Positions 23,290 through 34,577 of a stretch of 64,000 bases of DNA are shown piece by piece. The translations under genes were made by a program, and so were the position numbers. How positions within the stretch are numbered: the stretch's first letter is position 1; every line of letters starts with the position of its first letter. Source of the DNA: Candidatus Oxydemutatoraceae bacterium (GTDB lineage Bacteria; Pseudomonadota; Gammaproteobacteria; Poriferisulfidales; Oxydemutatoraceae); contig OZ244779.1 in NCBI GenBank assembly GCA_965219575.1, positions 2,124,769 through 2,188,768 of the forward strand. The letters run 5' to 3'. The notes below the pieces were generated by a model. That model saw only the letters and a list, made by a program, of their open reading frames with translations. It was not told where the DNA came from and ran no database searches.

Positions 23290-24166
23290 CTTTGTTTCCT
23301 TCTTTTTGTGGTTGCGCCTGTTTGGATTCGGCTTTTTGATTCATTTCGGCGGCTGGTTTGGGTTGTGAACCGGGTTCTGTCGATTCGGTGGCTTGTTCTG
23401 CGGATGCCTCTTGCTCTGCACTTGAGGCTGGTTCGGGTTGTGCTTCCTCTTTCGCTTCGGTAGTTGGTTCGGATTGTGGTGTTGTTTCGTCGGATTGTTG
23501 TGGTTCTATATCGGGAGAGACCGCTTGTATATCTATATCGGATAAATGTCGTATCAATACCGTGTTATTACGGCTACCGGGTACCGCACCTTTAATCCAT
23601 AATAGCTGGCGTTCTTCGTCTACTTTGACGATTTCCAAATTTTTGACGGTCACACGCGCATTGCCCATTTGCCCCGGCATTTTTTTGCCTTTGAACACAC
23701 GCCCCGGAAACTGACATTGCCCTACCGAACCCATGACTCGATGAGATAACGAGTTGCCGTGGCTATTGTCCTGTCCGCGAAAATTATGTCGTTTGATGGT
23801 GCCGGCAAACCCTTTGCCTTTGCTGATTCCCGTAACTCGTACTTTTTGTCCTTCGCTGAATATTTCTACACCGATTTGTCCGCCGACTTTTTTGACTTCG
23901 CTGTCGGCAATACGAAATTCATGTATTTCTTTACCTGCCAGCACGCTTGTTTTTCTAAAATGCCCTTTCATAGGACGCGTAATCCGCGATGCTTTTTTGT
24001 TATCGCCACCGACTAGCTGCATTGCATTATAGCCGTCTTTCTCGGTGGTCTTGACTTGCGCTATGCGATTAGGAATGACGCGGATAATAGTGCACGGTAC
24101 GGAGATACCCTCCGCCTTAAAGAGCCTACTCATGCCTGCTTTCTGCCCGATCACGCCTATTGCCAT
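23279..24166 (-). CDS. rplC: 50S ribosomal protein L3 with a long acidic C-terminal tail
   Basis: [38 protein letters not shown]; ATG at 24166 preferred over TTG 24181. Confidence 0.97.
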   Translation of the reverse strand: MAIGVIGQKAGMSRLFKAEGISVPCTIIRVIPNRIAQVKTTEKDGYNAMQLVGGDNKKASRITRPMKGHFRKTSVLAGKEIHEFRIADSEVKKVGGQIGVEIFSEGQKVRVTGISKGKGFAGTIKRHNFRGQDNSHGNSLSHRVMGSVGQCQFPGRVFKGKKMPGQMGNARVTVKNLEIVKVDEERQLLWIKGAVPGSRNNTVLIRHLSDIDIQAVSPDIEPQQSDETTPQSEPTTEAKEEAQPEPASSAEQEASAEQATESTEPGSQPKPAAEMNQKAESKQAQPQKEGNKDGT

Positions 24167-24177
24167 TGTCTCGTCCG

Positions 24178-24507
24178 TCAATTCAACTTTATCTGTACAT
24201 CTACGCCGGCGGCCAAATCCAAATTCATTAATGCATCTACCGTTTTCTCGGTCGGGCCGACGATATCCATAATGCGTTTATGAGTTCTAATCTCGTATTG
24301 ATCGCGGGCATCTTTGTCTACATGAGGCGAGATCAACACCGTAAAGTGTTCTATCTTGGTCGGTAAAGGAATAGGTCCTTTAATACTGGCACCGGTGCGT
24401 TTAACCGCTTCTGCAATCTCACTCACGGATTTGTCGAGCAAACGATGATCGAAGGCTTTTAATCTAATTCTTATTTTGCTCCCTGTTTCTAACATTTGCT
24501 TGGCCAT
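24178..24507 (-). CDS. rpsJ: 30S ribosomal protein S10
   Basis: [23 protein letters not shown]. Confidence 0.98.
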   Translation of the reverse strand: MAKQMLETGSKIRIRLKAFDHRLLDKSVSEIAEAVKRTGASIKGPIPLPTKIEHFTVLISPHVDKDARDQYEIRTHKRIMDIVGPTEKTVDALMNLDLAAGVDVQIKLN

Positions 24508-24532
24508 TTTTCGATTCCCCGTATAGTGCGTT

Positions 24533-25726
24533 TTATTCTATGATTTTAGCTACTACGCCTGCGCCTACCGTGCGACCCCCTTCCCTAATCGCAAAACGCA
24601 GACCTTCTTCCATCGCAATCGGTCCTATTAAACTCACCGTCATCTTCACATTGTCCCCCGGCATCACCATCTCTACACCCGACTCCAACTCTACCGCACC
24701 GGTCACATCGGTCGTCCTAAAATAAAACTGCGGTCGGTAGCCTTTGAAAAACGGCGTGTGTCGACCGCCTTCCTCTTTCGACAATATATACACCTCGGCC
24801 TCGAACTTCTTGTGCGGGGTGATCGAACCCGGCTTGCACAATACCTGACCTCGCTCTACCTCCTCTCGTTTCGTCCCCCGCAACAGCACCCCGACATTGT
24901 CTCCGGCACGACCTTCGTCCAACAACTTCCTGAACATCTCTACTCCCGTACAGGTCGTCTTGTTCGTCTCTCTTATCCCGACAATCTCTATCTCGTCTCC
25001 TACTTTCACGATGCCTCGCTCTATACGACCGGTCACCACCGTCCCCCGTCCCGATATCGAAAATACATCTTCCACCGGCATCAGATAATCTCCGTCTATC
25101 GCCCGCTCCGGCTCCGGGATATACTTGTCCATCTCGGCTATCAACTGCTCTACCGACGACACCCCCATCTCCGAACCGTCTCCTTCCAACGCCTTCAGTG
25201 CCGAACCCGCCACAATCGGTATGTCGTCTCCCGGAAACTCGTAGTTCGACAATAACTCGCGCACTTCCATCTCTACCAACTCCATCAACTCCTTGTCGTC
25301 CACCATATCGGCTTTGTTCAAATACACGACGATATGCGGCACTCCCACTTGCCGTGCCAACAAAATATGCTCTCGCGTCTGTGGCATCGGACCGTCCGCC
25401 GCACTCACCACCAATATCGCCCCGTCCATCTGTGCCGCGCCGGTTATCATGTTCTTGATATAGTCGGCGTGTCCCGGACAATCTACATGCGCATAGTGTC
25501 TCACTTGCGACTCATACTCCACATGCGCCGTCGCGATCGTGATCCCGCGCTCTCGTTCCTCCGGCGCATTGTCTATCTGCTCATACGAGCGATACTCGCC
25601 GGCACCCTGATTATCCGACATCACCTTGGTCATCGCCGCCGTCAATGTCGTCTTGCCGTGATCCACATGTCCTATGGTTCCTACATTGACATGCGGTTTC
25701 GTTCTTTCAAATTTTTCTTTAGACAT
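24533..25726 (-). CDS. tuf: Elongation factor Tu
   Basis: [29 protein letters not shown]. Confidence 0.99.
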   Translation of the reverse strand: MSKEKFERTKPHVNVGTIGHVDHGKTTLTAAMTKVMSDNQGAGEYRSYEQIDNAPEERERGITIATAHVEYESQVRHYAHVDCPGHADYIKNMITGAAQMDGAILVVSAADGPMPQTREHILLARQVGVPHIVVYLNKADMVDDKELMELVEMEVRELLSNYEFPGDDIPIVAGSALKALEGDGSEMGVSSVEQLIAEMDKYIPEPERAIDGDYLMPVEDVFSISGRGTVVTGRIERGIVKVGDEIEIVGIRETNKTTCTGVEMFRKLLDEGRAGDNVGVLLRGTKREEVERGQVLCKPGSITPHKKFEAEVYILSKEEGGRHTPFFKGYRPQFYFRTTDVTGAVELESGVEMVMPGDNVKMTVSLIGPIAMEEGLRFAIREGGRTVGAGVVAKIIE

Positions 25727-25740
25727 ATTATTTCTATTGT

Positions 25741-27831
25741 TTATTGTTTCTTAATAATCTCATCGGCTACATTATTCGGCACTTGCGTATACTTCAAAAA
25801 TTCCATCGTATACGTTGCCCGACCTTGCGTAGCCGAACGTAAATCCGTCGCATAACCGAACATTTCCTTAAGCGGCACTTCGGCGCGTATCGTCTTACCC
25901 AATACGCTCTCTTCCATGGCATCTATAATGCCTCTGCGCCTATTCAAGTCACCTACGACATCGCCCATATAATCCTCCGGGGTTACGACTTCTACTTTCA
26001 TCATAGGTTCGAGTAGCACCGGCGAGGCATTGTTAAATCCTTCTCTAAAGCAACGCGAGGCAGCGGTCTTAAACGCAATTTCCGACGAATCTACATCGTG
26101 ATACGAACCGTCGTATAAAGTCACCTTAACATCAACCACCGGGTACCCTGCAATCACGCCGTTCTGCATCTGCTCCTGAACACCTTTATCGACCGCCGGG
26201 ATATATTCCTTAGGCACGACACCGCCTACTATTTCGTTGACAAAGGTATAGCCGCTGCCCGCCTCGGCGGGTTCTATCTTCAACCACACATGTCCGTATT
26301 GCCCCCGACCACCGGTTTGCTTGATATATTTGCCTTCTTGTTGAATCGCTTGAAGTGCGGTCTCGCGATACGCAACCTGCGGTTCGCCTACATTGGCATC
26401 GACATTGAACTCACGACGCAAACGATCTACGATGATCTCCAGATGCAATTCACCCATCCCCGAAATAATCGTTTGACCCGACTCCTCGTCGGTCTTGACC
26501 TTGAAGGAAGGGTCTTCGGTGGATAATTTCTGCAAAGCCAGACCCATTTTTTCTTGATCTACTTTGGTCTTCGGCTCTACCGCCACTGCGATAACCGGTT
26601 CCGGAAAATTCATACTTTCGAGTGCAATCGGGTTGGTGCCGTCGCATAGGGTGTGACCCGTAACCACGCCTTTGAAACCGACACCGGCGGCAATATCCCC
26701 TGCCCTTACTTCTTTGATTTCCTCACGAGAATTAGAATGCATTTGCAACAATCTCCCGGCGCGCTCTTTTTTGTCGGTTGAAGCATTCAAAATACTATCG
26801 CCGGAATTCAACACACCCGAATACACACGAAAAAAGGTTAACACACCGACATACGGGTCGGTCGCAACTTTGAAAGCCAAAGCCGAAAAGGGTTCGTCGT
26901 CGGATGCTTTGCGTCGCGGCGGTTCCTTACCGTCTTCGCATAAACCGACGATATCGGGCACCTCCGACGGCGACGGCAGATAATAAATCGCTGCATCGAG
27001 CAGTGCTTGAACACCCTTATTCTTAAACGCCGTTCCACACAATACCGGCACGATCTCGTTGGCAAGGGTACGAATGCGTATACCTTTGCGTATATCGTCC
27101 GCTTGCAGTTCGTCTTCCAGATATTTCTCCATCAGCTCTTCGCTGGCTTCGGCGGCACTCTCGGTGAGTTGATGACGCAAGGCTTCACATGCCTCTTTCA
27201 TGTCGTCGGGGATATCACCCGCTTCATAAGTAACACCTTTGTCTTCACTATTCCAGCGTACTGCCGTCCGGGTGACTAAATCTATGACACCTTCAAACTT
27301 GTCCTCACTTCCTATAGGCACTTGTAGCGGTATCGCTTTTGCCCCCAAGCGATCCTTTATCTGAGATACAACTCTAAAGAAATCGGCACCCGCCCTATCC
27401 ATCTTGTTGACGAATGCAATACGCGGAACTTTATAGCGGTTGGCTTGCCGCCACACCGTCTCCGATTGTGGTTCGACACCGCCGACCGCACAAAATACCG
27501 CAACGGCACCGTCCAATACGCGCAAAGAACGCTCCACTTCTATGGTGAAATCGACATGGCCGGGCGTGTCTATAATGTTGATGCGGTGTTCGTCGAACTG
27601 CTGATCCATGCCTTGCCAAAAGCATGTGGTTGCTGCCGAGGTGATCGTGATACCGCGTTCTTGTTCTTGTTCCATCCAGTCCATAACCGCCGAGCCTTCG
27701 TGCACCTCACCCATTTTGTGCGAGATGCCGGTGTAGAATAAAATTCTTTCGGTCGTCGTCGTTTTGCCGGCATCTATATGTGCCATGATGCCGATGTTGC
27801 GATAGCGTTGCAAAGGTGTCTTACGAGCCAT
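25741..27831 (-). CDS. fusA: Elongation factor G
   Basis: [31 protein letters not shown]. Confidence 0.99.
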   Translation of the reverse strand: MARKTPLQRYRNIGIMAHIDAGKTTTTERILFYTGISHKMGEVHEGSAVMDWMEQEQERGITITSAATTCFWQGMDQQFDEHRINIIDTPGHVDFTIEVERSLRVLDGAVAVFCAVGGVEPQSETVWRQANRYKVPRIAFVNKMDRAGADFFRVVSQIKDRLGAKAIPLQVPIGSEDKFEGVIDLVTRTAVRWNSEDKGVTYEAGDIPDDMKEACEALRHQLTESAAEASEELMEKYLEDELQADDIRKGIRIRTLANEIVPVLCGTAFKNKGVQALLDAAIYYLPSPSEVPDIVGLCEDGKEPPRRKASDDEPFSALAFKVATDPYVGVLTFFRVYSGVLNSGDSILNASTDKKERAGRLLQMHSNSREEIKEVRAGDIAAGVGFKGVVTGHTLCDGTNPIALESMNFPEPVIAVAVEPKTKVDQEKMGLALQKLSTEDPSFKVKTDEESGQTIISGMGELHLEIIVDRLRREFNVDANVGEPQVAYRETALQAIQQEGKYIKQTGGRGQYGHVWLKIEPAEAGSGYTFVNEIVGGVVPKEYIPAVDKGVQEQMQNGVIAGYPVVDVKVTLYDGSYHDVDSSEIAFKTAASRCFREGFNNASPVLLEPMMKVEVVTPEDYMGDVVGDLNRRRGIIDAMEESVLGKTIRAEVPLKEMFGYATDLRSATQGRATYTMEFLKYTQVPNNVADEIIKKQ

Positions 27832-27835
27832 CTTT

Positions 27836-28303
27836 CTACCATCTGTAATGTGAGAAGGCTTTGTTCGCTTCCGCCATCTTCATCGTGTCTTCGCGTTTCT
27901 TGACGGCACCCCCGCGACTATCCGCAGCATCTCGTATCTCTGCAGCGAGCTTGTTGACCATAGAGTCCGCTTTGCGCTTGCTCGCCGCATCGATAATCCA
28001 ACGCATCGCCAAGGTTTGCTGACGAACCGGGCGCACTTCTACCGGCACCTGATAGTTTGCCCCGCCCACTCTGCGAGATTTGACTTCGACGCGGGGCTTG
28101 GCCGCATCCAAAGCCTTCTTAAACACTTCCAATGCTTTATCGGGCTTTTTATCGATTTTATTTAATGCGCCGTACACGATGCCTTCGGCAACGGACTTCT
28201 TGCCTCGCTGCATCACCAAGTTGATAAACTTGGCAAGCGTTTGGTCGTGGTACTTTGGATCTACTAATATCTCTCGGGGCTGTATTTCACGGCGACGCGG
28301 CAT
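27836..28303 (-). CDS. rpsG: 30S ribosomal protein S7
   Basis: [22 protein letters not shown]. Confidence 0.98.
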   Translation of the reverse strand: MPRRREIQPREILVDPKYHDQTLAKFINLVMQRGKKSVAEGIVYGALNKIDKKPDKALEVFKKALDAAKPRVEVKSRRVGGANYQVPVEVRPVRQQTLAMRWIIDAASKRKADSMVNKLAAEIRDAADSRGGAVKKREDTMKMAEANKAFSHYRW

Positions 28304-28318
28304 TTTTCTATCCTCCTA

Positions 28319-28693
28319 TTACGCTTTGGCACGTTTGGTTCCGTATTTGGAACGGCCTTTTTTCCTTCCTTCCACGCCTTGAGTATCCAAGCTACCGCGA
28401 ATAGTATGGTAGCGCACTCCCGGCAAATCTTTTACTCGCCCACCCCGTATCAGCACGACCGAGTGCTCCTGTAGGTTGTGTCCTTCACCCCCTATATAGG
28501 TCGTCACCTCGTAGCCGTTTGTCAAGCGAACACGCGCAACTTTGCGCAGTGCCGAATTAGGCTTCTTAGGTGTTGTGGTATAAACACGAGTACAAACACC
28601 GCGCTTTTGAGGACATCTTTCCAATGCCACCACATTACTTTTCGCAACCTTGGGTTTCCTCGGTTTGCGTACTAACTGGTTAATCGTCGTCAT
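28319..28693 (-). CDS. rpsL: 30S ribosomal protein S12
   Basis: [24 protein letters not shown]. Confidence 0.99.
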   Translation of the reverse strand: MTTINQLVRKPRKPKVAKSNVVALERCPQKRGVCTRVYTTTPKKPNSALRKVARVRLTNGYEVTTYIGGEGHNLQEHSVVLIRGGRVKDLPGVRYHTIRGSLDTQGVEGRKKGRSKYGTKRAKA

Positions 28694-28785
28694 GTAATTA
28701 AAATACTCCTTTTCGGCAATATATAAGCGTAAATAGTCCTACCCCGCCTTGTCGGCGGAATCAGCCTTGAGGGGAAGGATAAGGA

Positions 28786-28814
28786 ATTATAATAGGAAAT
28801 GCGTAAATGTGCAA
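28786..28814 (-). promoter_or_regulatory. Sigma70-type promoter for the rpsL (str) operon
   Basis: Minus strand TTGCAC (28814-28809), 17-bp spacer, TATAAT (28791-28786), about 90 bp upstream of the rpsL start. Confidence 0.7.
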
Positions 28815-28833
28815 GGGAAAACCTTGATTTTTT

Positions 28834-28855
28834 TGTCAATCCCAAGTAGAAATGT
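28834..28855 (+). mobile_element. Vestigial terminal repeat of the IS1202-family element
   Basis: TGTCAATCCCAAGTAGAAATGT matches the reverse complement of the right end at 56914-56935 (TGTCAACCCAAAGTAGAAATGT) at 20/22 positions. Confidence 0.65.
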
Positions 28856-28968
28856 GGGCTATTGAAAAATAGAACCGCCGATTGAGTGGCGTGTCTATAT
28901 AAGTCAATTCCCCTCCTGCGGAGGGGAATATACCGTCCCTATAGTTCATGGATACTTTTTCAACGGCT
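28856..28968. repeat. Mosaic repeat cluster 3 (short MITE-like unit)
   Basis: GGCTATTGAAAAA...TTTTTCAACGGC ends enclosing ATTCCCCTCC-TGC-GGAGGGGAAT and a GCCGATTGA half-module. Confidence 0.75.
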
Positions 28969-28975
28969 TCATATG

Positions 28976-30247
28976 TCATTGTGCATCGCCGATCGGCGCG
29001 GCGAATGCGTCGCCGGTGAGTTCGGCTATATTGGCACCGGTTAAGGTTTTAAGAAACGCAAGCAGTGCTTGCTTTTCTCGTTGCTTAAGAGTTAACGCTT
29101 TAATCAGAGGGCTCAACCTAGGGTTTGGTATGCCGCCTTTATCGTAAAAGTCGATGACTGCTTCCAAGGTTGCCAGTTGACCGTTGTGCATATACGGTGC
29201 GCTGAGTTCTATATTACGCAGTGTGGGTGTTAGATATTTCCATAAATCGTCCGGGTTTTCGCTCACTTCGTATCGTCCTAAATCATTTCTCATCGTGTGT
29301 CGGCTTTGCGATACCGAGTTGATTAATTCGCTTTTGACATCTACGAAAGTGCCCGGTGCCAGTTGCACGCGATAAGTCGGGGGTTCCTTGCTCATCGCAA
29401 TGTCGTAACCCAGACCGGTATTATGTAGCGAGTTGTCGGTGAACAATGCGTATTCTTCACCGATTAAATGACAGGCGGAACAAGCCCCCTTGCCGGTGAA
29501 TATCTCGAAACCGAGCTGTTCTTCTTCGTTCAACAGTGCTTTTTCGTCGCCGTAGTACCAGCGATCAAAACGGGAGTTTGCAGAGATTAGCGTGCGCTGA
29601 TATTGCGCGAGTGCCATGCCTATGGTTTCCATAGAAGCCGAGCGACCGAATGCCTTTTCAAACAAGCCATTATAATCTTCGATATCGTTGATTTTTTGTA
29701 TCACATAACCGATCGAGGGATTTGCCATTTCATTACGTGCCAGCATCGGTGCCCATACCTGGTTCTCCAATGTGAATTCTCTGCCGTCGTGGAATAGCAT
29801 CGTCTTATAGGCAACATTGAGTATCGTCGGCGCATTGCGCCGCACACTGCGACCTTCTACACCAACCGAAGTTTGATGTTCGTTATTGGCAAAACCCATT
29901 TCGGGTACGTGGCAAATAGCACAAGACATCGTGTCGTTGATGGACAGCCGTCTATCAAAAAATAATCGTCTGCCGAGTTCGATCCCGGCACGGCTGAGCG
30001 AATTATCGGGTGGGTGTTTTACCGAAGGTACGCCGAATTGTGAAGTGGTGGCTATTTTGTAAAGATCGGCTGCCACGCCGACCCGTTCCATCAGGCTTTC
30101 GGTTCGGGTTACATAATCGGATGACTCATAGCCGTCGCGCACATCACCCGAGCGCAGCAATGTTTGATGCGCAGACCAAGCCACCGACAATGATACAACG
30201 GCAATAATGCCGCCGAGCGTACTTAAGATACGAACACGCCTATTCAT
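28976..30247 (-). CDS. Di-heme cytochrome c peroxidase / MauG-family protein
   Basis: Signal peptide, LGRRLFFDRRLS, CAICH and CSACH heme motifs, RNAPT, TPTLRNI...APYMHNG. Confidence 0.88.
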   Translation of the reverse strand: MNRRVRILSTLGGIIAVVSLSVAWSAHQTLLRSGDVRDGYESSDYVTRTESLMERVGVAADLYKIATTSQFGVPSVKHPPDNSLSRAGIELGRRLFFDRRLSINDTMSCAICHVPEMGFANNEHQTSVGVEGRSVRRNAPTILNVAYKTMLFHDGREFTLENQVWAPMLARNEMANPSIGYVIQKINDIEDYNGLFEKAFGRSASMETIGMALAQYQRTLISANSRFDRWYYGDEKALLNEEEQLGFEIFTGKGACSACHLIGEEYALFTDNSLHNTGLGYDIAMSKEPPTYRVQLAPGTFVDVKSELINSVSQSRHTMRNDLGRYEVSENPDDLWKYLTPTLRNIELSAPYMHNGQLATLEAVIDFYDKGGIPNPRLSPLIKALTLKQREKQALLAFLKTLTGANIAELTGDAFAAPIGDAQ

Positions 30248-30993
30248 CCGCTCACTTGCGGACGATTCTCTTGCAGTATGGTTTCGATATCGTTTAAGAC
30301 GATATTCGGATGTAAATAACTGACGCTATAGATATTTCTTATATAGCCTTGTTTGTCTATTAAAAAGGATTTTAATACATGGGCAAAGTTTACTTTTTCG
30401 GTATCACCTTCTTTTTCGACGGTTTTGAACACAAACTGTCCGTATTCATCGAGTATGGGGTCTAGTTGTTTTTGCGAACGGGTGGTCGCGAATACCCACT
30501 CGACGGCACCGTCCTTCTTAAAATCTTCGCCATAGGACTTCATTGCATCGGGAGTATCTCTTTCCGGGTCGAAGCTCAATGTGATTAGGCGTATGTCGTC
30601 GTTCATCGCCGAATTTTCTTTTAAGGTCTTATTCATCGAATGCATCACGAAGGTCGTCAAAGGACAGCCGTTGACATCCGAACAACTGGTATAGATAAAA
30701 GAGAGCAGCACAGCTTTGTCTCCTATATACTCGGCGAGGTTTGCCTCGGCACCATTGCTTAACAAAATCTCGCCGCCGCTCGCTTTTTTGATCCGCGGCA
30801 GTTTATAGGTGCCGACCTCGGGCGGTGTGAAATCCAATTCACCCCAGCCGGGGGCCAGTATCTCGGCTCTCTGTTCGGAGGTCTCTTCGCTCTCCGGGTT
30901 CGCCGGAGTCGTCGGGGTCGTCGTTGCATATTGCCAACCGAATGCGACTAAAATTGCGATAACCGCAACGATGTAAAAGCTATTTCTAAACAC
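30244..30993 (-). CDS. SCO/SenC-family copper chaperone
   Basis: N-terminal anchor, SFIYTSCSDVNGCP, SFDPERDTP, conserved His (FAHVL). Confidence 0.88.
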   Translation of the reverse strand: MFRNSFYIVAVIAILVAFGWQYATTTPTTPANPESEETSEQRAEILAPGWGELDFTPPEVGTYKLPRIKKASGGEILLSNGAEANLAEYIGDKAVLLSFIYTSCSDVNGCPLTTFVMHSMNKTLKENSAMNDDIRLITLSFDPERDTPDAMKSYGEDFKKDGAVEWVFATTRSQKQLDPILDEYGQFVFKTVEKEGDTEKVNFAHVLKSFLIDKQGYIRNIYSVSYLHPNIVLNDIETILQENRPQVSG

Positions 30994-31111
30994 TTCTAAT
31001 CTCCTTGATTCATATCTCTATATTAAGTGAACCGTATAAACTTGCCTTTGCATTATACAGAATTTTCGGCTCCCTCCATAACTATCGGGAAGGTTGTCGC
31101 TACAAAGTAGT

Positions 31112-32491
31112 TCAGATATTTTGCAATATCGCTCGTACGCTCGCTTCGGCATCGCCGAATTGCATACGCGTATTCTCCTTAAAGAATAGTGGGTTATCGA
31201 TGCCGGCATAGCCGGTTGCCATGCTACGCTTGAACACGATGACGGCGGACGCTTTCCACACTTCTATAACCGGCATGCCGGCGATAAGGCTGTCGGGATC
31301 TTCGGAGAGCGGGTTGACGATATCGTTGGCACCGACAACCATAACCACATCGGTGTCGGGCATATCGGGGTTGATTTCGTCCATTTCCAGAACGATGTCG
31401 TACGGCACATCGGCTTCGGCAAGCAAAATATTCATGTGTCCGGGTAGACGGCCGGCAACCGGATGGATTGCAAACCGTACATTGATATTTTTTTCACGCA
31501 ATAATTTGACAAGTTCACTAATCGCATTTTGTGCGCGTGCCACCGCCATGCCGTAGCCGGGGACAATCACAACCGTAGAGGCTTCGTTGAGCATTCGGGC
31601 GGTTTCGTCGGCGTGTACCTCTTTGATGTCGCCTTCTACATCGCTACTGATACTCGTGCTACCACCGAAGCCACCGAGTATTACGCTAATGAAGCTTCGG
31701 TTCATCGCACGACACATGATGTAGCTCAAAATGGCACCGCTGGAACCCACCAAAGCACCGGTGATAATGAGCAAATCGTTGTTGAGCATAAAGCCGGTAA
31801 CCGCAGCTGCCCAACCCGAATAGCTATTCAACATCGAGACGACGATAGGCATATCCGCACCGCCGATTGCAGCGACCAAAAAAACACCCAACAACAGAGC
31901 CAGTGCGGTCATTATCAACAAGCTGATCCATGCGATATTGGCATCGGCAGCCAAAAACAAGTAGCCCAAAATAACCGAAACGATAACAATGCCGAGATTG
32001 ATTAGGTGTCGCGCCGGCAACATCAACGGTTTGCTTGAAAAAACACCTTGTAGTTTCCCGAACGCAACGATCGAACCGGTGAAGGTTATCGCACCGATGA
32101 ATACGCCCAAATATATTTCCGTCGAGTGTATATTGCGTTCAACGCCGGTATATTGAATTGTCGGGTCCAGATAATTTGCATAACCCACCAATACCGCCGC
32201 AATCCCGACAAAGCTATGCAACAAAGCAACCAGTTGCGGCATCTGCACCATTTCGACTCGACCGGCGACAAAAGCACCTATCGCCGCACCGACAAGCATA
32301 ACCGGTAACAGATACTCCCAGCGTATTACCGCTAATGCCGCCAAAGTCATCGTCAAGGCAATGATCATTCCGGCGATGCCGAATAAATTCCCACGGCGGG
32401 CGGTTTCTTGGTGGCTCAATCCACCCAAACTCAAGATAAAAAATACGCCGGCGATGACGTACGACATCGTAATCAATCCTTGACTAATCAT
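31112..32491 (-). CDS. pntB: NAD(P) transhydrogenase beta subunit
   Basis: [41 protein letters not shown]. Confidence 0.97.
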   Translation of the reverse strand: MISQGLITMSYVIAGVFFILSLGGLSHQETARRGNLFGIAGMIIALTMTLAALAVIRWEYLLPVMLVGAAIGAFVAGRVEMVQMPQLVALLHSFVGIAAVLVGYANYLDPTIQYTGVERNIHSTEIYLGVFIGAITFTGSIVAFGKLQGVFSSKPLMLPARHLINLGIVIVSVILGYLFLAADANIAWISLLIMTALALLLGVFLVAAIGGADMPIVVSMLNSYSGWAAAVTGFMLNNDLLIITGALVGSSGAILSYIMCRAMNRSFISVILGGFGGSTSISSDVEGDIKEVHADETARMLNEASTVVIVPGYGMAVARAQNAISELVKLLREKNINVRFAIHPVAGRLPGHMNILLAEADVPYDIVLEMDEINPDMPDTDVVMVVGANDIVNPLSEDPDSLIAGMPVIEVWKASAVIVFKRSMATGYAGIDNPLFFKENTRMQFGDAEASVRAILQNI

Positions 32492-32505
32492 CGTCTGTAG
32501 ATCTC

Positions 32506-34053
32506 TTAACTCTTACGGAACATCTTCAACATTCGGTGGGTAACCAAAAATCCGCCGGCAACATTAATCATCGCAACGAACGCCGCAACGATAGCCAACC
32601 ATAAAACAACCGAAGTCGTACTGACGGTTTGAACCAAAGCCCCGATGATGATAATTCCGCTGATCGCATTGGTAACACTCATCAACGGCGTATGGAGTGC
32701 CGGTGTGACATTCCAAATCACCTGCCAGCCTACGAAACAGGCAAGCACAAATACGGTGAAATGCGCCATAAACGACTCGGGGGCTACCTGCCCCAGAGCC
32801 AACAAAGCACCTCCGCCGATGACTAAATACAGCAAAGTCTTGAGTAATCTTTTACGCGGCGACTCGGTGCTTCGCTCGGCGATAACTTCGGCCGCTTTGG
32901 GCTTGGGCGGCGGGGGCGGGGATGGTTGTGCGCTTGCGGGCGGTGGCCAGAGTATCTCGGCTTTATGCGTTATTATCATACCGCGTACGATTTGATCTTC
33001 CAAGTCAATGACCAATTTGCCGTCCTTCTCCGGAGTCATATCGCTGAGCAGGTGTTGTATGTTGGCAGCGTAAAAACGACTCGATTGGGATGCCATACGG
33101 CTCGGGAGGTTGCTGTATCCGATAATCGTAACTTCGTGCTTGACTACCGCCTTATCGGCTTCGGTCAATTCGCAATTACCACCTTGCTCGGCAGCAAGGT
33201 CGACGATCACGCTACCGGCTTTCAACGCCTTAACCGCATCTTCGCTAATCAGTTGCGGTGCGGGTTTGCCGGGAATCAATGCGGTAGTGACGATAATATC
33301 GACTTCTTCGGCTTGCTCCAAAAAGAGTTCACGCTCGGCTTGCAGAAATGCATCGCTCATTTGTTTGGCATAACCACCGCTGCCGCTGCCCAACTCTTCC
33401 ATATCGATCGTTAGGAATTCGGCACCCATACTTTCTATTTGCTGTGCGACTTCGGGACGCGTATCGAAGGCGCGCACGATAGCCCCCATAGAACGCGCCG
33501 CACCTATTGCGGCAAGACCGGCAACACCGGCACCGATGACCAATACTTTAGCGGGTGCTGCTCGCCCCGCTGCAGTGCTTTGTCCGCCGAAGAAACGGGT
33601 AAAGTGATTTGCCGCTTCCACCACTGCGCGATAACCCGCAATATTTGACATCGAACTCAATGCATCGAGCTTTTGCGCACGAGTGATACGCGGCACTTGA
33701 TCCATCGCCAATACCGTCGCACCTCGAGCTTTAAGTTTCTCTAACAGTTCTTTGTTTTGCGCCGGCCAGATAAAACAGATCAACACCGTATCGGTAGCGA
33801 TTAATTCGGCTTCTTGCGGTGTAGGTCCCTGGACTTTTAATATGATGTCGCTTTGCTGCCAAAGCACGCTCGCATCGGATGCTATCTCGGCACCGGCTTC
33901 TTTGTAGACATCGTCGCCGAAGTCGGCTGCCTCGCCGGCACCCTGTTCGACAACGACCTGATAACCCAGTTTGACGAAATGACCTATGCTGTCCGGAGAT
34001 GCAGCGACGCGATGCTCCCCGGCCTGAATTTCTTTTAGGACTGCTATTTTCAC
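32506..34053 (-). CDS. pntA: NAD(P) transhydrogenase alpha subunit
   Basis: [44 protein letters not shown]. Confidence 0.97.
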   Translation of the reverse strand: MKIAVLKEIQAGEHRVAASPDSIGHFVKLGYQVVVEQGAGEAADFGDDVYKEAGAEIASDASVLWQQSDIILKVQGPTPQEAELIATDTVLICFIWPAQNKELLEKLKARGATVLAMDQVPRITRAQKLDALSSMSNIAGYRAVVEAANHFTRFFGGQSTAAGRAAPAKVLVIGAGVAGLAAIGAARSMGAIVRAFDTRPEVAQQIESMGAEFLTIDMEELGSGSGGYAKQMSDAFLQAERELFLEQAEEVDIIVTTALIPGKPAPQLISEDAVKALKAGSVIVDLAAEQGGNCELTEADKAVVKHEVTIIGYSNLPSRMASQSSRFYAANIQHLLSDMTPEKDGKLVIDLEDQIVRGMIITHKAEILWPPPASAQPSPPPPPKPKAAEVIAERSTESPRKRLLKTLLYLVIGGGALLALGQVAPESFMAHFTVFVLACFVGWQVIWNVTPALHTPLMSVTNAISGIIIIGALVQTVSTTSVVLWLAIVAAFVAMINVAGGFLVTHRMLKMFRKS

Positions 34054-34294
34054 TTTGCTTAGAATTGATTGGGATTAGAGACGCATATAATAATCTAAAA
34101 TGCGATTAATACCAAACCACTATCCCTAAATCCGCAAAAGAATTATCCCTTGCTGTAAAGACCCAGCAGAAGATAAGCGATGTGTTCGGCCGGTGGACGC
34201 TACCGATACGAAATTGGATACCGGTGACCTTCCCCCATCTTGAGGGTCCAAACTTAAATGAAATTTGTATTATTACGGTATAGCTTTCAAGGAT

Positions 34295-34560
34295 GAGGTG
34301 GCTTTTTCAACAGTCCCACGACACAACCACCCCGTCAGGCTGAATAGAACCGCCGATTGAACCAGTAGGTCAATCGGCGTGACTTTGTTCAGAACCTCAA
34401 CATGACTGCTAAACGCATACATTGCAAAATGCATAAGCCACCCCTCCACAGGAGGGGAATGTACCGTCCCTATAGTTCGTGGATACTTTTTCAACAGCCC
34501 TGCGCAGCGACCATCCCGTCAAGCAGAGCTTGCCGCTCCTACAAGGAGGGGAAGGGGCTG
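34295..34560. repeat. Mosaic repeat cluster 4
   Basis: TTTTTCAACAG ends, CCACCCCGTCAGGC, GCCGATTGA...TCAATCGGC and CCCCTCCACAGGAGGGG modules. Confidence 0.8.
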
Positions 34561-34577
34561 CCACTACGCAGGCGCGC

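Noticed and set aside
24717-25855. Long alternative-frame and antisense ORFs over tuf (254 aa, 165 aa, 173 aa)
   Set aside because: Shadow ORFs caused by codon bias in a highly conserved gene.
28319-28693. Streptomycin-resistance substitutions in S12
   Set aside because: The PKKPNS and RVKDLPG motifs are wild type.
34160-34248. tRNA-Sec, SRP RNA or 6S RNA
   Set aside because: No T-loop or anticodon arm, no SRP CAGG...GGAAGCAG motif, and too short for 6S; kept only as an unassigned structure.
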